Origin: Alphaproteobacteria bacterium
GTDB lineage: Bacteria > Pseudomonadota > Alphaproteobacteria > MPNO01 > UBA830
Direction of reading: 5' to 3'
DNA: 64,000 bases
Assembly: GCA_964291215.2 (NCBI GenBank)
Contig: OZ219791.1
Coordinates: 416,001 to 480,000 of the forward strand
Positions 34,449 to 44,657 of the stretch are shown in pieces. The notes under the pieces are model-generated. The model made no database searches, had not been told where the DNA came from, and saw nothing but the letters and a program-made list of their open reading frames with translations. The number at the start of each line of letters is the position of its first letter. Positions within the stretch are counted from its first letter, which is position 1. The translations under genes and the position numbers were made by a program.

Positions 34449-35905
34449 TGGTACAGCCCCGCAACCTGCTCTTGATCATGTCCGACGAGCACAATCCGAA
34501 GATGCTCGGCTGCTACGGCCACCGGCAGGTGCGGACCCCCAATCTCGACCGCCTGGCCGAACGGGGCACAAGGTTCAGCGCCGCTTACACCAATTCGCCG
34601 ATCTGCATTCCTGCGCGCGCCGCCTTCGCCACCGGGCACTACGTCCACCACACCCGCTACTGGGACAATGCCATGCCTTATGACGGCGCCGTCAGGGGGT
34701 GGGGGCACCGGCTGCAGGACGAAGGCGTGCGGGTCGAGTCCATCGGAAAGCTGCATTTCCGCGGCGACGGCGGCAACGCCGGTTTCGCGCGCGAGATCGA
34801 GCCGATGCATGTGATGGACGGCATCGGCCAAGTCTGGGGCTCGGTGCGGGATCCCCTGCCGCCGGAACGGCGCGCCCGCATGCTCGGCAAGATCGGCCCC
34901 GGGCTCTCGAGCTACAACAGCTATGACCGCCGGATCGCCGACGAGGCGAAGGGCTGGCTCGCCGGCGCAGCGAGTCGTGGCGGCGACCGGCCCTGGGTCC
35001 TCTACCTCGGCTTTGTCGCGCCGCATTTCCCGCTTGTGGTGCCAGAGGAATTCTACGGCCTCTACCCGCTCGACGACCTTCCGGAGCCAAAGCTCCATCC
35101 GGATGCGGGACATGCGCGCCATCCCTGGATCCAGCGCATGGACGATTTCCAGCAGGTCGACCGGCACCTTTCCGAGGAGGAGCGCCGGATGGCGACCGCC
35201 GCGTATTTCGGGCTCTGCACCTATGCCGATGCGCTGATCGGAGAGGTTCTGGAGGCGCTCGACGCCTGCGGGCTCCGCGATACGACCCGTGTGATCTACA
35301 CCAGCGACCACGGCGACAATGTCGGCGCCCGCGGCCTGTGGGGGAAATCCAACATGTACGAAGAGGCCGCCGGCATTCCGCTGATCATCAGCGGCGATGA
35401 CATTGCCCGGAACGCGGTGTGCGAAACGCCGGTATCCCTCGTCGATGTCCGTCAGACCGTGCTGGACGCCGTCGGGATAGCGCCTGACGGGACGGAGGCG
35501 GAACTGCCCGGCCGCTCGTGGTTCGATATCGCGGGCTCCGCCCGTGATCCCGCCCGCGTCGTCTTCAGCGAATACCATGCCGCCGCATCACCGAGCGGCG
35601 CATTCATGGTCAGGCGCGGCACGGACAAGCTCATTCATTATGTCGGCTATGCGCCGGAATTCTTCGACCTAGCGCGCGACCCCGAAGAGACCGTCAATCG
35701 CGCAGACGACGAGGCCTGCCGCGACGCCGTCTCCGAACTCTACGGCGCGCTCCGGGGTATCTGCGATCCCGAGGTGGTCGACCAGGCCGCCAAGGACGAC
35801 CAGAACGCCCTGGTTGCCCGCTTCGGCGGGCCGGAAAAGGCCTTTGGGACGGGAACCCCGGGCGCCACTCCGGCGCCGTCAGCGTCACCGGCTCAGTCGC
35901 GGTAG
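34445..35905 (+). CDS. Cys-type sulfatase (choline-sulfatase-like)
   Basis: IMSDEH, TPNLDRLA, CIPARA (CxPxR), IGKLH, PHFP, SDHGD. Confidence 0.9.
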   Translation: MMVQPRNLLLIMSDEHNPKMLGCYGHRQVRTPNLDRLAERGTRFSAAYTNSPICIPARAAFATGHYVHHTRYWDNAMPYDGAVRGWGHRLQDEGVRVESIGKLHFRGDGGNAGFAREIEPMHVMDGIGQVWGSVRDPLPPERRARMLGKIGPGLSSYNSYDRRIADEAKGWLAGAASRGGDRPWVLYLGFVAPHFPLVVPEEFYGLYPLDDLPEPKLHPDAGHARHPWIQRMDDFQQVDRHLSEEERRMATAAYFGLCTYADALIGEVLEALDACGLRDTTRVIYTSDHGDNVGARGLWGKSNMYEEAAGIPLIISGDDIARNAVCETPVSLVDVRQTVLDAVGIAPDGTEAELPGRSWFDIAGSARDPARVVFSEYHAAASPSGAFMVRRGTDKLIHYVGYAPEFFDLARDPEETVNRADDEACRDAVSELYGALRGICDPEVVDQAAKDDQNALVARFGGPEKAFGTGTPGATPAPSASPAQSR

Positions 35906-36687
35906 ATTGGGTCCAGGCGGTCGGCGAGACGCCGGTACATCCGCCATTCGAGTGCGCCGCCGGGCTCGTCAGGCTTTCTGCGGGCGGCGACCTGGTCCTG
36001 GACATGGCGCCAGATCTTCTCGGGCAGGATGTCGGGCTCGCGCCCCGTCGCCATGAGCCGGAGCTGGGCGTCGCAGGCATCGACCAGCGTATGCATGCCG
36101 ACAAAGGCCTCGCCGATGGTGCGCCCGACCGTCAGCAGGCCGTGATTCTTCATGATCATGAGGCGGTTGCCGCCGAGATCATCGACGATTCTCGGGCCTT
36201 CGTCGGCTTCCTGCGCCAGCCCCTCGTACGCATGGTACGAGATCTTTCCCTGCAGCATCGCCGAACGCTGGTCTATCGGCAGGAGCGGCTCGCGCATGGC
36301 CGAGGCGACGACGCCCGCAACCGGATGGATATGCAGCACGCAGTTGATGTCGGGGCGCAGGCGGAAGATCGCGCTGTGGAAATTGCGCCCCGCCGGCGCC
36401 AGCGCCAGCGGACTCTCGGAGAAGTCGTTGCCCTCGAAGTCCGCCTTGATCAGGCTGGTGGCCGTCATCTCGTGCCAGCCGGCGCCCTGCGGATTCATGA
36501 GCATCCGGTCCGGTGCATCCGGCAGCCGCGCCGAAATGTGGTTGTAGATGGTGTTGTTCCAGCCGAAATGCGAGGCCACCCGGAACGCCGCGGCGAGGTC
36601 GACGCGTGTGTTCCATTCGGCTTCGCTCACACTTTCCCTGGGGAACGGTATCGAGATCCCGTCCGCCGCCGGTGAACGCATGTCCAT
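35893..36687 (-). CDS. Class II aldolase/adducin-family protein
   Basis: YNHISAR, FHSAIF..RPD..CVLHIH, MKNHGLLTVG. Confidence 0.9.
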   Translation of the reverse strand: MDMRSPAADGISIPFPRESVSEAEWNTRVDLAAAFRVASHFGWNNTIYNHISARLPDAPDRMLMNPQGAGWHEMTATSLIKADFEGNDFSESPLALAPAGRNFHSAIFRLRPDINCVLHIHPVAGVVASAMREPLLPIDQRSAMLQGKISYHAYEGLAQEADEGPRIVDDLGGNRLMIMKNHGLLTVGRTIGEAFVGMHTLVDACDAQLRLMATGREPDILPEKIWRHVQDQVAARRKPDEPGGALEWRMYRRLADRLDPIYRD

Positions 36688-36852
36688 GTCCTGATCCCCG
36701 ATCGCATGTCTGCCCGGCCGCCGGGGCGGCCAGCCTGTCGGAGGCAGTATAGCACGGACGCTGCGTCCGGACGGTTGCATCGGATTCCGAAAGGGATACC
36801 ATTGGATGAGACAGGCGGCACGCCTGTCGCGCCGCAGTCAGGGAGCACTGCG

Positions 36853-37710
36853 ATGATCGAACTTGTCGACCTGAGCTATGTGCACATGGGCACGCCGGAT
36901 CCGGAAGAGTCGGCGCGCTGGGCGCGGGACATCTACGGTCTCGAGGAGGTTGGCCACGAGAACGGTCGGGTCTATCTCCGCGGCGACGACCGCGATCACA
37001 ATGTCTGCTATTTTCGCGGAGAACCCGGGGACCAAACCGTCGGCATCGCCGTTGCCGACGACGCTGCCCTCGAAGCCGCCGCAAGCCATCTCGAGGCCGG
37101 CGGCGTCTCCGTCGCCTGGGGCGATGCGGAGGGCGCCGCCATGCGCCGGTGCATGCGCTACCTGACCTTCCGGGATCCCACCGGCAACAGCTTTGACCTG
37201 GTGGTCCGCCCGTTCCATTCGGGGCGCCGGTTCTTTCCCAGCCGCGACGCCGGCATCTACTGGTTCAACCATATCGGCCTCAAGACGACCGACGCCCCCC
37301 GCGACGAGAAGTTCTGGTGCGGGCTGTTCAACTTCCGGACCAACGACTGGATCGGCGACGCGCCGCTGATGTCCTTCGACAAGGTTCATCACCGCTTTGC
37401 GCTGTTCCCCACGGACCATGCCGGCGTGCAGCACATCAATTTCCAGGTCCGCGAGACCGATGACATCATGCGCTCCAGCTATTTCCTCCAGAATCGCCAG
37501 GTGCGGATCGTTTTCGGTCCGGGCCGCCATGCGACATCGGGGGCGAGGTTCCTGTATTTCGAGGGGCCCGACGGGATGGTTTTCGAATATTCCTGCGGCG
37601 TGCGGATGATAGAGCCGGAGGACAATTGGCGGCCGCGGCAGTTTCCCTTCACCAACGAGTCGTTCTGCGTCTGGGGGTCAAGGCCCGACGTGCCCGAATT
37701 CCGGGAATAA
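36853..37710 (+). CDS. VOC-type extradiol dioxygenase, similar to CmtC (2,3-dihydroxy-p-cumate / 2,3-dihydroxybenzoate 3,4-dioxygenase)
   Basis: RRFFPSRDAGI..HIGL, HHRFALFP, VQHINFQV, FGPGRH, FLYFEGPDGMVFEYS. Confidence 0.75.
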   Translation: MIELVDLSYVHMGTPDPEESARWARDIYGLEEVGHENGRVYLRGDDRDHNVCYFRGEPGDQTVGIAVADDAALEAAASHLEAGGVSVAWGDAEGAAMRRCMRYLTFRDPTGNSFDLVVRPFHSGRRFFPSRDAGIYWFNHIGLKTTDAPRDEKFWCGLFNFRTNDWIGDAPLMSFDKVHHRFALFPTDHAGVQHINFQVRETDDIMRSSYFLQNRQVRIVFGPGRHATSGARFLYFEGPDGMVFEYSCGVRMIEPEDNWRPRQFPFTNESFCVWGSRPDVPEFRE

Positions 37711-38414
37711 TGCCGGCGCTCGAATTCGGAACGCTCGGCGAATCGCTCGCGCGAACCCAGGTCCGTGTGCGTATGGCGGCCCGCGCGCTCGGCCGCAATG
37801 ATCTCGGCCACGCCTACGGCCATGTCAGCGCGAGGCTCGATTCGCAGTCGTTCCTCGTCTGTGCGCCACGGCCGATGGGGCTGATCACTCCGGATGACGA
37901 CGGGACGGTAGTGCCGATAGACGGTCCGCTGCCCGACGGGGTCCTCGGCGAGGTGCGGTGCCATCAGCAGATCTACAGGCGCAGGGAGGATGTGAACGGC
38001 ATCGTCCGCACGTTCCTTCGCGACGTCATGACCCTGTCCACGTTCCGCCGCACTCCGCAGCCGCGCATCGGCTTCGCCGCCTATTTCGCGCCGTCACCGC
38101 CGCTCTGGGACGACCCGATGCTGTTACGCGACGACGCGGCCGCAGCGGCGCTCGCCGAGACGCTCGGCAAAGCGCGGGCCCTGGTGATGCGTGGCAACGG
38201 CTGCATCCTGACCGGCGCCACGGTAGAGGAGGCTGCAGTAATGGCCTTCTATCTCGAAGAGGCTGCAGGCACCGAGCTTGCGGTCATGGCGACCGGCCGG
38301 GACGAGGCGTCCGAGGTCTTCAGCGAGAGACAAGCGCAGGCGCGGGCAGTCTCGTCGGGGCGCATCTTCGAGCGCATGTGGGAATACCTGACGGCGGGGG
38401 ATCCCGAGGCCTGA
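37710..38414 (+). CDS. Class II aldolase-fold protein, CmtD-like ring-cleavage-product decarboxylase
   Basis: AARALGR..HAYGHVSAR, LGEVRCHQQIY, VMRGNG; translationally coupled to the dioxygenase. Confidence 0.7.
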   Translation: MPALEFGTLGESLARTQVRVRMAARALGRNDLGHAYGHVSARLDSQSFLVCAPRPMGLITPDDDGTVVPIDGPLPDGVLGEVRCHQQIYRRREDVNGIVRTFLRDVMTLSTFRRTPQPRIGFAAYFAPSPPLWDDPMLLRDDAAAAALAETLGKARALVMRGNGCILTGATVEEAAVMAFYLEEAAGTELAVMATGRDEASEVFSERQAQARAVSSGRIFERMWEYLTAGDPEA

Positions 38415-38518
38415 GCGGTATCCGCGAAGCTGTTGGAGAAGCAGGCGCAGGGGACCTGTCGCGGGAGCGCCGCGACATCGGAACCAACCTGTCCGGGAAG
38501 ACGGCTGCCCGGGCAGCC

Positions 38519-39325
38519 CTACGATGGCCCTTTCCGCAGCCTTTCGGCGACCGCAAGGGCTTTGGGGTCGTCCATTTCTTCGAGGAAATCCGCGACAAGA
38601 CCCGCAAGGGCGGGGTGGGCCGCCGCGCATCGCCCGAGATGCACGATCACGTCGTCGTCCCAGATCGCGACCAGCGCCGCGATCAGCGTATCGGACGGCT
38701 GAGCCGCCAGTTCGTTCAGCAAGATCGTCTTGGCCTCCGGAAAACCGCCAAGGCCGAGCGTGATCGCGGCTTCCCGCCGGACTGCGGCCGAGAGGTCTCG
38801 AAGTCCTTGCCGTAGGAGGTTTGGCGATAGCCTGACCGGATGGGACAGGCGGAAAGCGGCGACGCGGACATCGGGGTCGGGATGTTCGAGGAGCGGTTGC
38901 ACGAGGCCGGCTGGCACGGTGAGTCGCGCTTCCGCCGCCGCCTGGAGTGCGACATCGTAAAGCGAGGTTGGAAGCCGGTTCGACGAGACGATGCGCTTCA
39001 AGGCCGCCCGGGCGTCATCGTGATCGAGGCCGGCCAGCGTCCGCAACACGCAGATCTGTTCGGGAAGCGGCTTGCTAACTCCGAATCCCAAGAAACGCCG
39101 CCACAGGCCTTCTAGCAGTGGAACCGCCGCAACTGCAAGCGACCGGGACAGGATTTCGGAACACACGCGTTCGATATCCCTCGGGTCGGCCTCTTGCAGC
39201 CTTCCAAGAAGTTCCCCGTCGGAGAGTTCGGCAATATCCGGAAGCTTGCGGGGACGGTGCGAACCGGATCGCGGCCGCGTCTCGCCACGATGGTAGTCGC
39301 CGAACAGATCCGGCTGGAAGGACAT
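38519..39325 (-). CDS. HEAT-repeat protein
   Basis: LLEHPDPDVRVAAF, LRDLSAAVRREAAITLG. Confidence 0.7.
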   Translation of the reverse strand: MSFQPDLFGDYHRGETRPRSGSHRPRKLPDIAELSDGELLGRLQEADPRDIERVCSEILSRSLAVAAVPLLEGLWRRFLGFGVSKPLPEQICVLRTLAGLDHDDARAALKRIVSSNRLPTSLYDVALQAAAEARLTVPAGLVQPLLEHPDPDVRVAAFRLSHPVRLSPNLLRQGLRDLSAAVRREAAITLGLGGFPEAKTILLNELAAQPSDTLIAALVAIWDDDVIVHLGRCAAAHPALAGLVADFLEEMDDPKALAVAERLRKGPS

Positions 39326-39425
39326 CGTTGATTGTCCCGCTGCTGGTGCCGCTGATGTGGCGAATTCTCCACGCCCCAACATGTGCGAGTTATGCAAGGC
39401 TGATAATGGGAGGTCAAGTCCGAAG

Positions 39426-39608
39426 CAGGACCATTCTGTTGTCGCGATCGGCGGCGGACAACCGTGTCAGAGTGGCCGTTCTTGAAGTTGGTGGCACCGT
39501 CTCAAGGTCGGAACCGGCATATCGACAACGAAATCCGCTCCCGAATGGACCTCCAGATCTGCCTACAACGCCCCTCGTCGGACGAAACCGGACAAAAGAA
39601 GAGCCCTG
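39426..39608. repeat. 183-bp MITE type A, copy 3 (inverted)
   Basis: 10-bp TSD AAGTCCGAAG. Confidence 0.9.
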
Positions 39609-39770
39609 AAGTCCGAAGCAGGCCGCCGCATCGTTCGACGGAACGCGGTTCAGCTGGACCGCTTGCGTGCTTCATCGAGTCGGGGAGAAAGCGGGGCTTC
39701 CGGGCATGACTTTTCCGTCATCTGACGGGCAAGAGGACAATTGTCCCGCACGTTCAAGAATTGCTCCTCC

Positions 39771-39996
39771 CTAGTCACATGACACTGAAGTAAGATTCAT
39801 TGTAAGGTTGTGTCCCAAGTCGGACAATGGAGGTTATCTCGATGGGGCGCGGTACAGGACGGCCGCTGGCGGCCTTGACCACTCAAGATCAGCACCGCCA
39901 AGGGCCGTCCCATACCGCATGGCATCGCCATGACCTCCGTGTTCACACTCCAGCCGCCATGATACAATCATGCTTACTTCAGTTCCAGATGACTAG
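39771..39996. mobile_element. Two IS630-type left ends fused in inverted orientation
   Basis: CTAGTCA..CTGAAGTAAG at both ends; both halves encode G.GRPLA.L. Confidence 0.6.
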
Positions 39997-40340
39997 CGTA
40001 TGTGCTCCGCCCCTTCCAGCAGATCGAATTTCGGTATTCGGAGAACCATTCCGTACGGTGCGCTTGCTGATCTGCGGATCAGGGAAGTGCCGGGGGGAGT
40101 CCATGGCGATGGCGCTGCAGTATTTGTTTGACCTGATCGACAGACGCCATCGTCACCCATCGATGCCGAAATTTTCGAGCTTGCCGTCGGCCGCATTCCG
40201 ACCGTTCGGGCAATCCTCGGCTTGCATTGCTTTGACTGCTGGCATGGAGGCTGCACCTCCGCAACCGCGGTGCCTTGGGTGGGTGGCGTGATTGCGGACA
40301 GTATAAGGCCTGTCAACCGGCCGCAGCAGAACCGTTTGAC

Positions 40341-40533
40341 CACGACAATCCCATGCTGTTTCGGAGACGCGAAATCCGAATGCGTTGGAGCTCGCGTCAT
40401 CACAGATCGCCTCCTTGATCGCAAGTTTCGTGCCAAGAAGGCCCCATCGAGCCTTGGCGGCACGATTGCAGCGCGACGCAAACTGAGAAAATCTCGCCAG
40501 TCGTCGCCGGATTAGCAGCGTGAGATCATCGTG
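40341..40533. repeat. MITE type C, copy 2 (inverted)
   Basis: Reverse complement of 30802-30992, diverged. Confidence 0.75.
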
Positions 40534-40615
40534 GCCCCGGGATCGGCCTGCGTTGCGGTGGAATGGCCGGAGGCTTATGGTGTCGTGGGGTCCAAAAGCC
40601 AGCCAAGGAGCAACC

Positions 40616-42208
40616 ATGACCGATCGTCCGAATTTCCTGTTCATCATCACCGACCAGCAACGCGTCGATTTCCTCGGTTGCGCTGGGCATCCGGTCCTCA
40701 AGACGCCCCACATCGATTCCATCGCGGCCCGTGGCACCACGTTCAACCGGTTCTATGTCGCGACGCCGGTATGCCAGCCCAACCGGTCCACCTTGCTCAC
40801 CGGCCGGATGCCCTCCCTTCATGGCGTGCGCTCGAACGGCACGCCTCTGGACATGCGCGCCAGCACCTTTGTCGATGGCTTGCGTGTCGCCGGCTACGCA
40901 ACAGCACTGGTGGGCAAGAGCCATATCCAGAACATGACGGCGTATCCGCCGATGCGACAACGGCCGGAGCTGGAAGACGGTTATTTCTCGCTGCGCGACG
41001 TGATGCCCGAGGCCTTCAGGGCGGACCCCGAAGGCGATTACGGCCAGGAGCACCCCGACAGATGGAAATCCGGGGAACCCTACGATCTCGTGTTGCCGTT
41101 CTACGGATTCGAGCATGTGGATCTCTGCACCGAGCATTCGGATCACGTCGGCGGCCATTACTATGCCTGGTTCAGACAGCAGAGGGAGGATGCGGATGCG
41201 CTGCGCGATCGCGCCACCCAGATCGCGCACGACTATGTCTGTCCGCAAGCCTACCGCACCGCGATTCCGGAAGAGTTCTATCCGACCAGCTATGTCGGGC
41301 TGAAGACCACCGAATACATCGACCGCCATGCCAGAGACGGTGGCGGCAAGCCGTTCTTCCTCATGGCGTCGTTTCCCGATCCACACCATCCCTTCACGCC
41401 GCCCGGAAAGTACTGGGACATGTACAGTCCCGAGGACATGGATCTGCCGCCGGTCTACGGCAATCGGGAACCGCCGCCGCATGTCAAGTGGGCGCGGGCG
41501 GCCCGCGCCGCCGGGGAAGTGGCCACGAACTCCCAGAATGCCTTTGCTGTTGATGAGCGCGAGGTGCGTGAAGCCAGGGCGCTGACTTGCGGCATGATCG
41601 CGATGATCGACGACGCCGTCGGCGAGATTCTGGCCTGTCTCGAAGCTAACGGCCTTGCCGACAACACGGTCGTGGTCTTCACTTCGGATCACGGCGACTT
41701 TCTTGGTGACCACGGCCTGTTGCTCAAGGGTCCGGCTCATTTCGAGGGGATAACCCATGTTCCGTTCATCTGGGCCGAACCCGGTGCGCCGGCCGGGACA
41801 GCCGACACGATGGCGGGAACGATAGATATCGCGCAGACGATCCTGGATCGCGCCCGCATCGAAGCCTACAACGGCATTCAGGGCCGCAGTCTGATGAATG
41901 CCGTTCACGGTAAGGACGATCCGGGGGCCGTGGACTCGATTGTCATCGAGGACGACCAACAGCGACATTACATGGGCTATTTGGCTCCGCCCCGGATTCG
42001 TTCGATCATCACCGATACTCATCGGCTGACGATTACCCGGGGCGAGGACTGGGGAGAGCTCTACGATCTGAAAAATGATCCGGACGAGATGGAAAACCTC
42101 TTCGACGATCCGGCGCACGCCGGGGCAAGGGCAGAGCTTTTCGAGCGCCTCGCCTATCGGCAGGTAGAGCTCGTCGATACCAGCCCGATGCCGACGCTGC
42201 GCGCCTGA
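40616..42208 (+). CDS. Cys-type sulfatase
   Basis: PNFLFIITDQQR, CQPNR (CxPxR), GKSH, DPHHPF, SDHGD. Confidence 0.9.
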   Translation: MTDRPNFLFIITDQQRVDFLGCAGHPVLKTPHIDSIAARGTTFNRFYVATPVCQPNRSTLLTGRMPSLHGVRSNGTPLDMRASTFVDGLRVAGYATALVGKSHIQNMTAYPPMRQRPELEDGYFSLRDVMPEAFRADPEGDYGQEHPDRWKSGEPYDLVLPFYGFEHVDLCTEHSDHVGGHYYAWFRQQREDADALRDRATQIAHDYVCPQAYRTAIPEEFYPTSYVGLKTTEYIDRHARDGGGKPFFLMASFPDPHHPFTPPGKYWDMYSPEDMDLPPVYGNREPPPHVKWARAARAAGEVATNSQNAFAVDEREVREARALTCGMIAMIDDAVGEILACLEANGLADNTVVVFTSDHGDFLGDHGLLLKGPAHFEGITHVPFIWAEPGAPAGTADTMAGTIDIAQTILDRARIEAYNGIQGRSLMNAVHGKDDPGAVDSIVIEDDQQRHYMGYLAPPRIRSIITDTHRLTITRGEDWGELYDLKNDPDEMENLFDDPAHAGARAELFERLAYRQVELVDTSPMPTLRA

Positions 42209-42878
42209 CCGACCGGATCGCGGGGCATGTCCCCGGGAGGTCGTCGATTCCCGAGAGTTCGCTCGGGACCTGGACAGACCACTGTCCCACGCACTGGACG
42301 TCCTGATCGGGGGCGCCCGCAACCATGTTGTCGACCGGGCCATCGTCCCTCCCGGGCATATCCACTTCATACCAGTCGCCGGGCTGCCCGACGGGGGATT
42401 GACTGACCGGCCATTTCCCGGCCGGCCGCCGCACCCTTCCGGGAATCCAGCTTGATGGTGAAACTGTCTCCGTGCTCGCGTGCAAAGAGAATCGCCCGAT
42501 GGGAGCAGATCATCTGCGAGCAACGTGCCTGTCTTTCGAGGCAAGGGAATTATTGGGATGAAAACCGGAATATTGCTTGCGGCGACATCAAGGGTTCTTC
42601 GCGCCGGCCTTCTGGTGCTGGCCAGCGCCTTGCCGGGCGCGAACTTCTCGGCGCAGGCGCAGCAAACCTGTCCCGTCCCGGCCGACCTGACTTCTCGCGA
42701 TCCGGAAGTGACGGCACAAGACGTGGAAAACGACAACACCCACCTTGAGGCCTTCGCGCTCGAGTTAAGGGCCCAATTGAAGAGACAGTCCCAGGAGATA
42801 ACGTCCCTGGGGCGCGTGTCCTGCTATGGGTATCTCGTCCGACAGGAGAGCGGGCCCTGGCGCTCCGGTTCCACCTAC

Positions 42879-44636
42879 CCCAAGTTGGCAATTTTTGCGG
42901 CCTGGAATTTTTATCACGTTGCACGATTCTTTTGTCGGCCGATTTCAACATGGCACTACATTCCGCTGAATTCTGTCAGCTTGTGAGGCGGCTCCTCGTG
43001 CGGCGGGTTCGACACCAGCCGCCGAGGAGATTTCGGCGACCCCGGCGGTGCGTGTCCTGTCGGTTGACGATCAATGCGCGCAGGCGCGTGGTGACCCTGG
43101 TTCCGCATGCTCTCGCGGATTGATGTCCGGCACTTGTCGATGCCCCGCACGGGGATCAGATGCACCGCGGCGAGCACGGCGATCAACAGGTGGGCGGCGA
43201 TGCGCTGGCCGGGCGCAATCCGAGCTCGGATTTCAATGAACGGAAGGTGGCCTCGATATCCGTGATCCATGTCCTGAGGACGGTCTCGATATCCCGGTCG
43301 CTGGCGCGCAGGCGCCCGCGTTGTCTTGTCGTCTGTGGCTGAAGGCCGTTGCGTTGGCCTTCTCGACGGTGATCTCGCAGTGCCGGGCGACGGTGGAGAA
43401 GCGCTGCTCGAGACCGCTCTCCAGCACCTTGTCGTAACGCCGGCCCTTGGAGGTGGAGCTTTGCCGCCTCGAAGCCCTGCGGCCAGGAATGGCCTCCTCG
43501 GCCCTCTTCCTGCTCTCGCTGACCACGCCGCGCCATCCTCGCTGGCAAGGCGCCTGCACCTCGTGGTTGGTGATCAGCCTCGGGCCCACCCTCGGGCGGC
43601 GCCGCCCGCGATCCAGCCGTGCTCGCCACGCGATGTTTGCCTCGGTGCCGGCGTCCATGACTACCGTCGGCTTCGCCGCCGGGCCGCCTCCAGCCTCGAC
43701 AGCGCGTCCTCCAGCGTACCGGGTTCGCTCACGTTGCCCGGCGAGACCTCGCAACTGCGCCGAAAGCCCGCGCCGCGCAAGCGTGGGGCAATCATTGCGC
43801 TTCTGCTTCGAGCGCCCAAAGCGGGGCAGCTTGCCGTCGGCGCGGCCGTGAACATTGGTGAGGTCGTAAAATGCGATGGTGTCGGGGATGCAGCGCGCGC
43901 TCGCGGTTGAACAGCTCCTGGCGGCCCGGTGACGCAGGTCGCCGATGCGGTACAGCGTCTTGCGCGACTTGCGCGCCTTGCGCTCCGGAAGCTCCGCGGT
44001 CGCGCTGTCATCGCGCAGCCAGCGCTCGCTGGCGGATCATCCTGACGACGATCAGCGCACTCGTGATGCCGAGGTCGTGAAGCTGAGATCGCGCCTCGAG
44101 GCACAGGCAGCCGACCGAGCGCGGGTTCTCGAGGCTGTCGAGGTTGACGGTCGCAATTTGCGTGCGTCTTTCTCCGGAGCATCGGCGCGGAACCTCCGGG
44201 CCCCTGTTGACGATGTCCTCGGCTGCGGCCTGCACGCAGCTTCGAACAGCGGCGGGTGGCCAGCGCTTCAGCGGCAACCTCCTTCCGGTTCTTGCGCGCC
44301 ACCGGATGGTCGGTACCGAGGCAGCGTACGCTGTCTGACCTTGTCGCCGATGCGTTGAGAAAGCACGAGTCGGTGGACGGGTTTGTCGTCTGCGGTGCTG
44401 TGGATTTTGGTTGCCCTGATGAACATGTTGTCTGGAGCCTTTCGTGTTGACGAGGATATACCGGGTTTGGCGGCAGGGTCGAGCGAATCGGCAATATTCT
44501 GGCACTACACCGGCCATCCCGGACAGGAAATCATAAATATAGTAGGCAATGTCACGAAAATGCTAACATAAGGTATATCGAGTGAGGCTGCCGCATAAAT
44601 TTCCCCTTCAACTGACGCAAAAAATGCCAACTTGGG
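42879..44636 (-). mobile_element. IS1634-family element, degraded
   Basis: TIR CCCAAGTTGGCAATTTTTGCG / CGCAAAAAATGCCAACTTGGG; TSD CTAC; motifs VVMDAG, DIEATFRSLKSELGLRP. Confidence 0.85.
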
Positions 44637-44657
44637 CTACATCGTCCAGCTCACGCC

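Noticed and set aside
40000-40260. Possible monooxygenase (ABM-like) remnant, AHRTEWFSEYRNSIC
   Set aside because: Too short and degraded to support a call.
40526-42739. Long antisense ORFs (737 aa here; also 26088-27878, 32697-34436, 44742-46727, 5769-7364)
   Set aside because: They are shadow frames of real genes in high-GC DNA and have no recognisable motifs.
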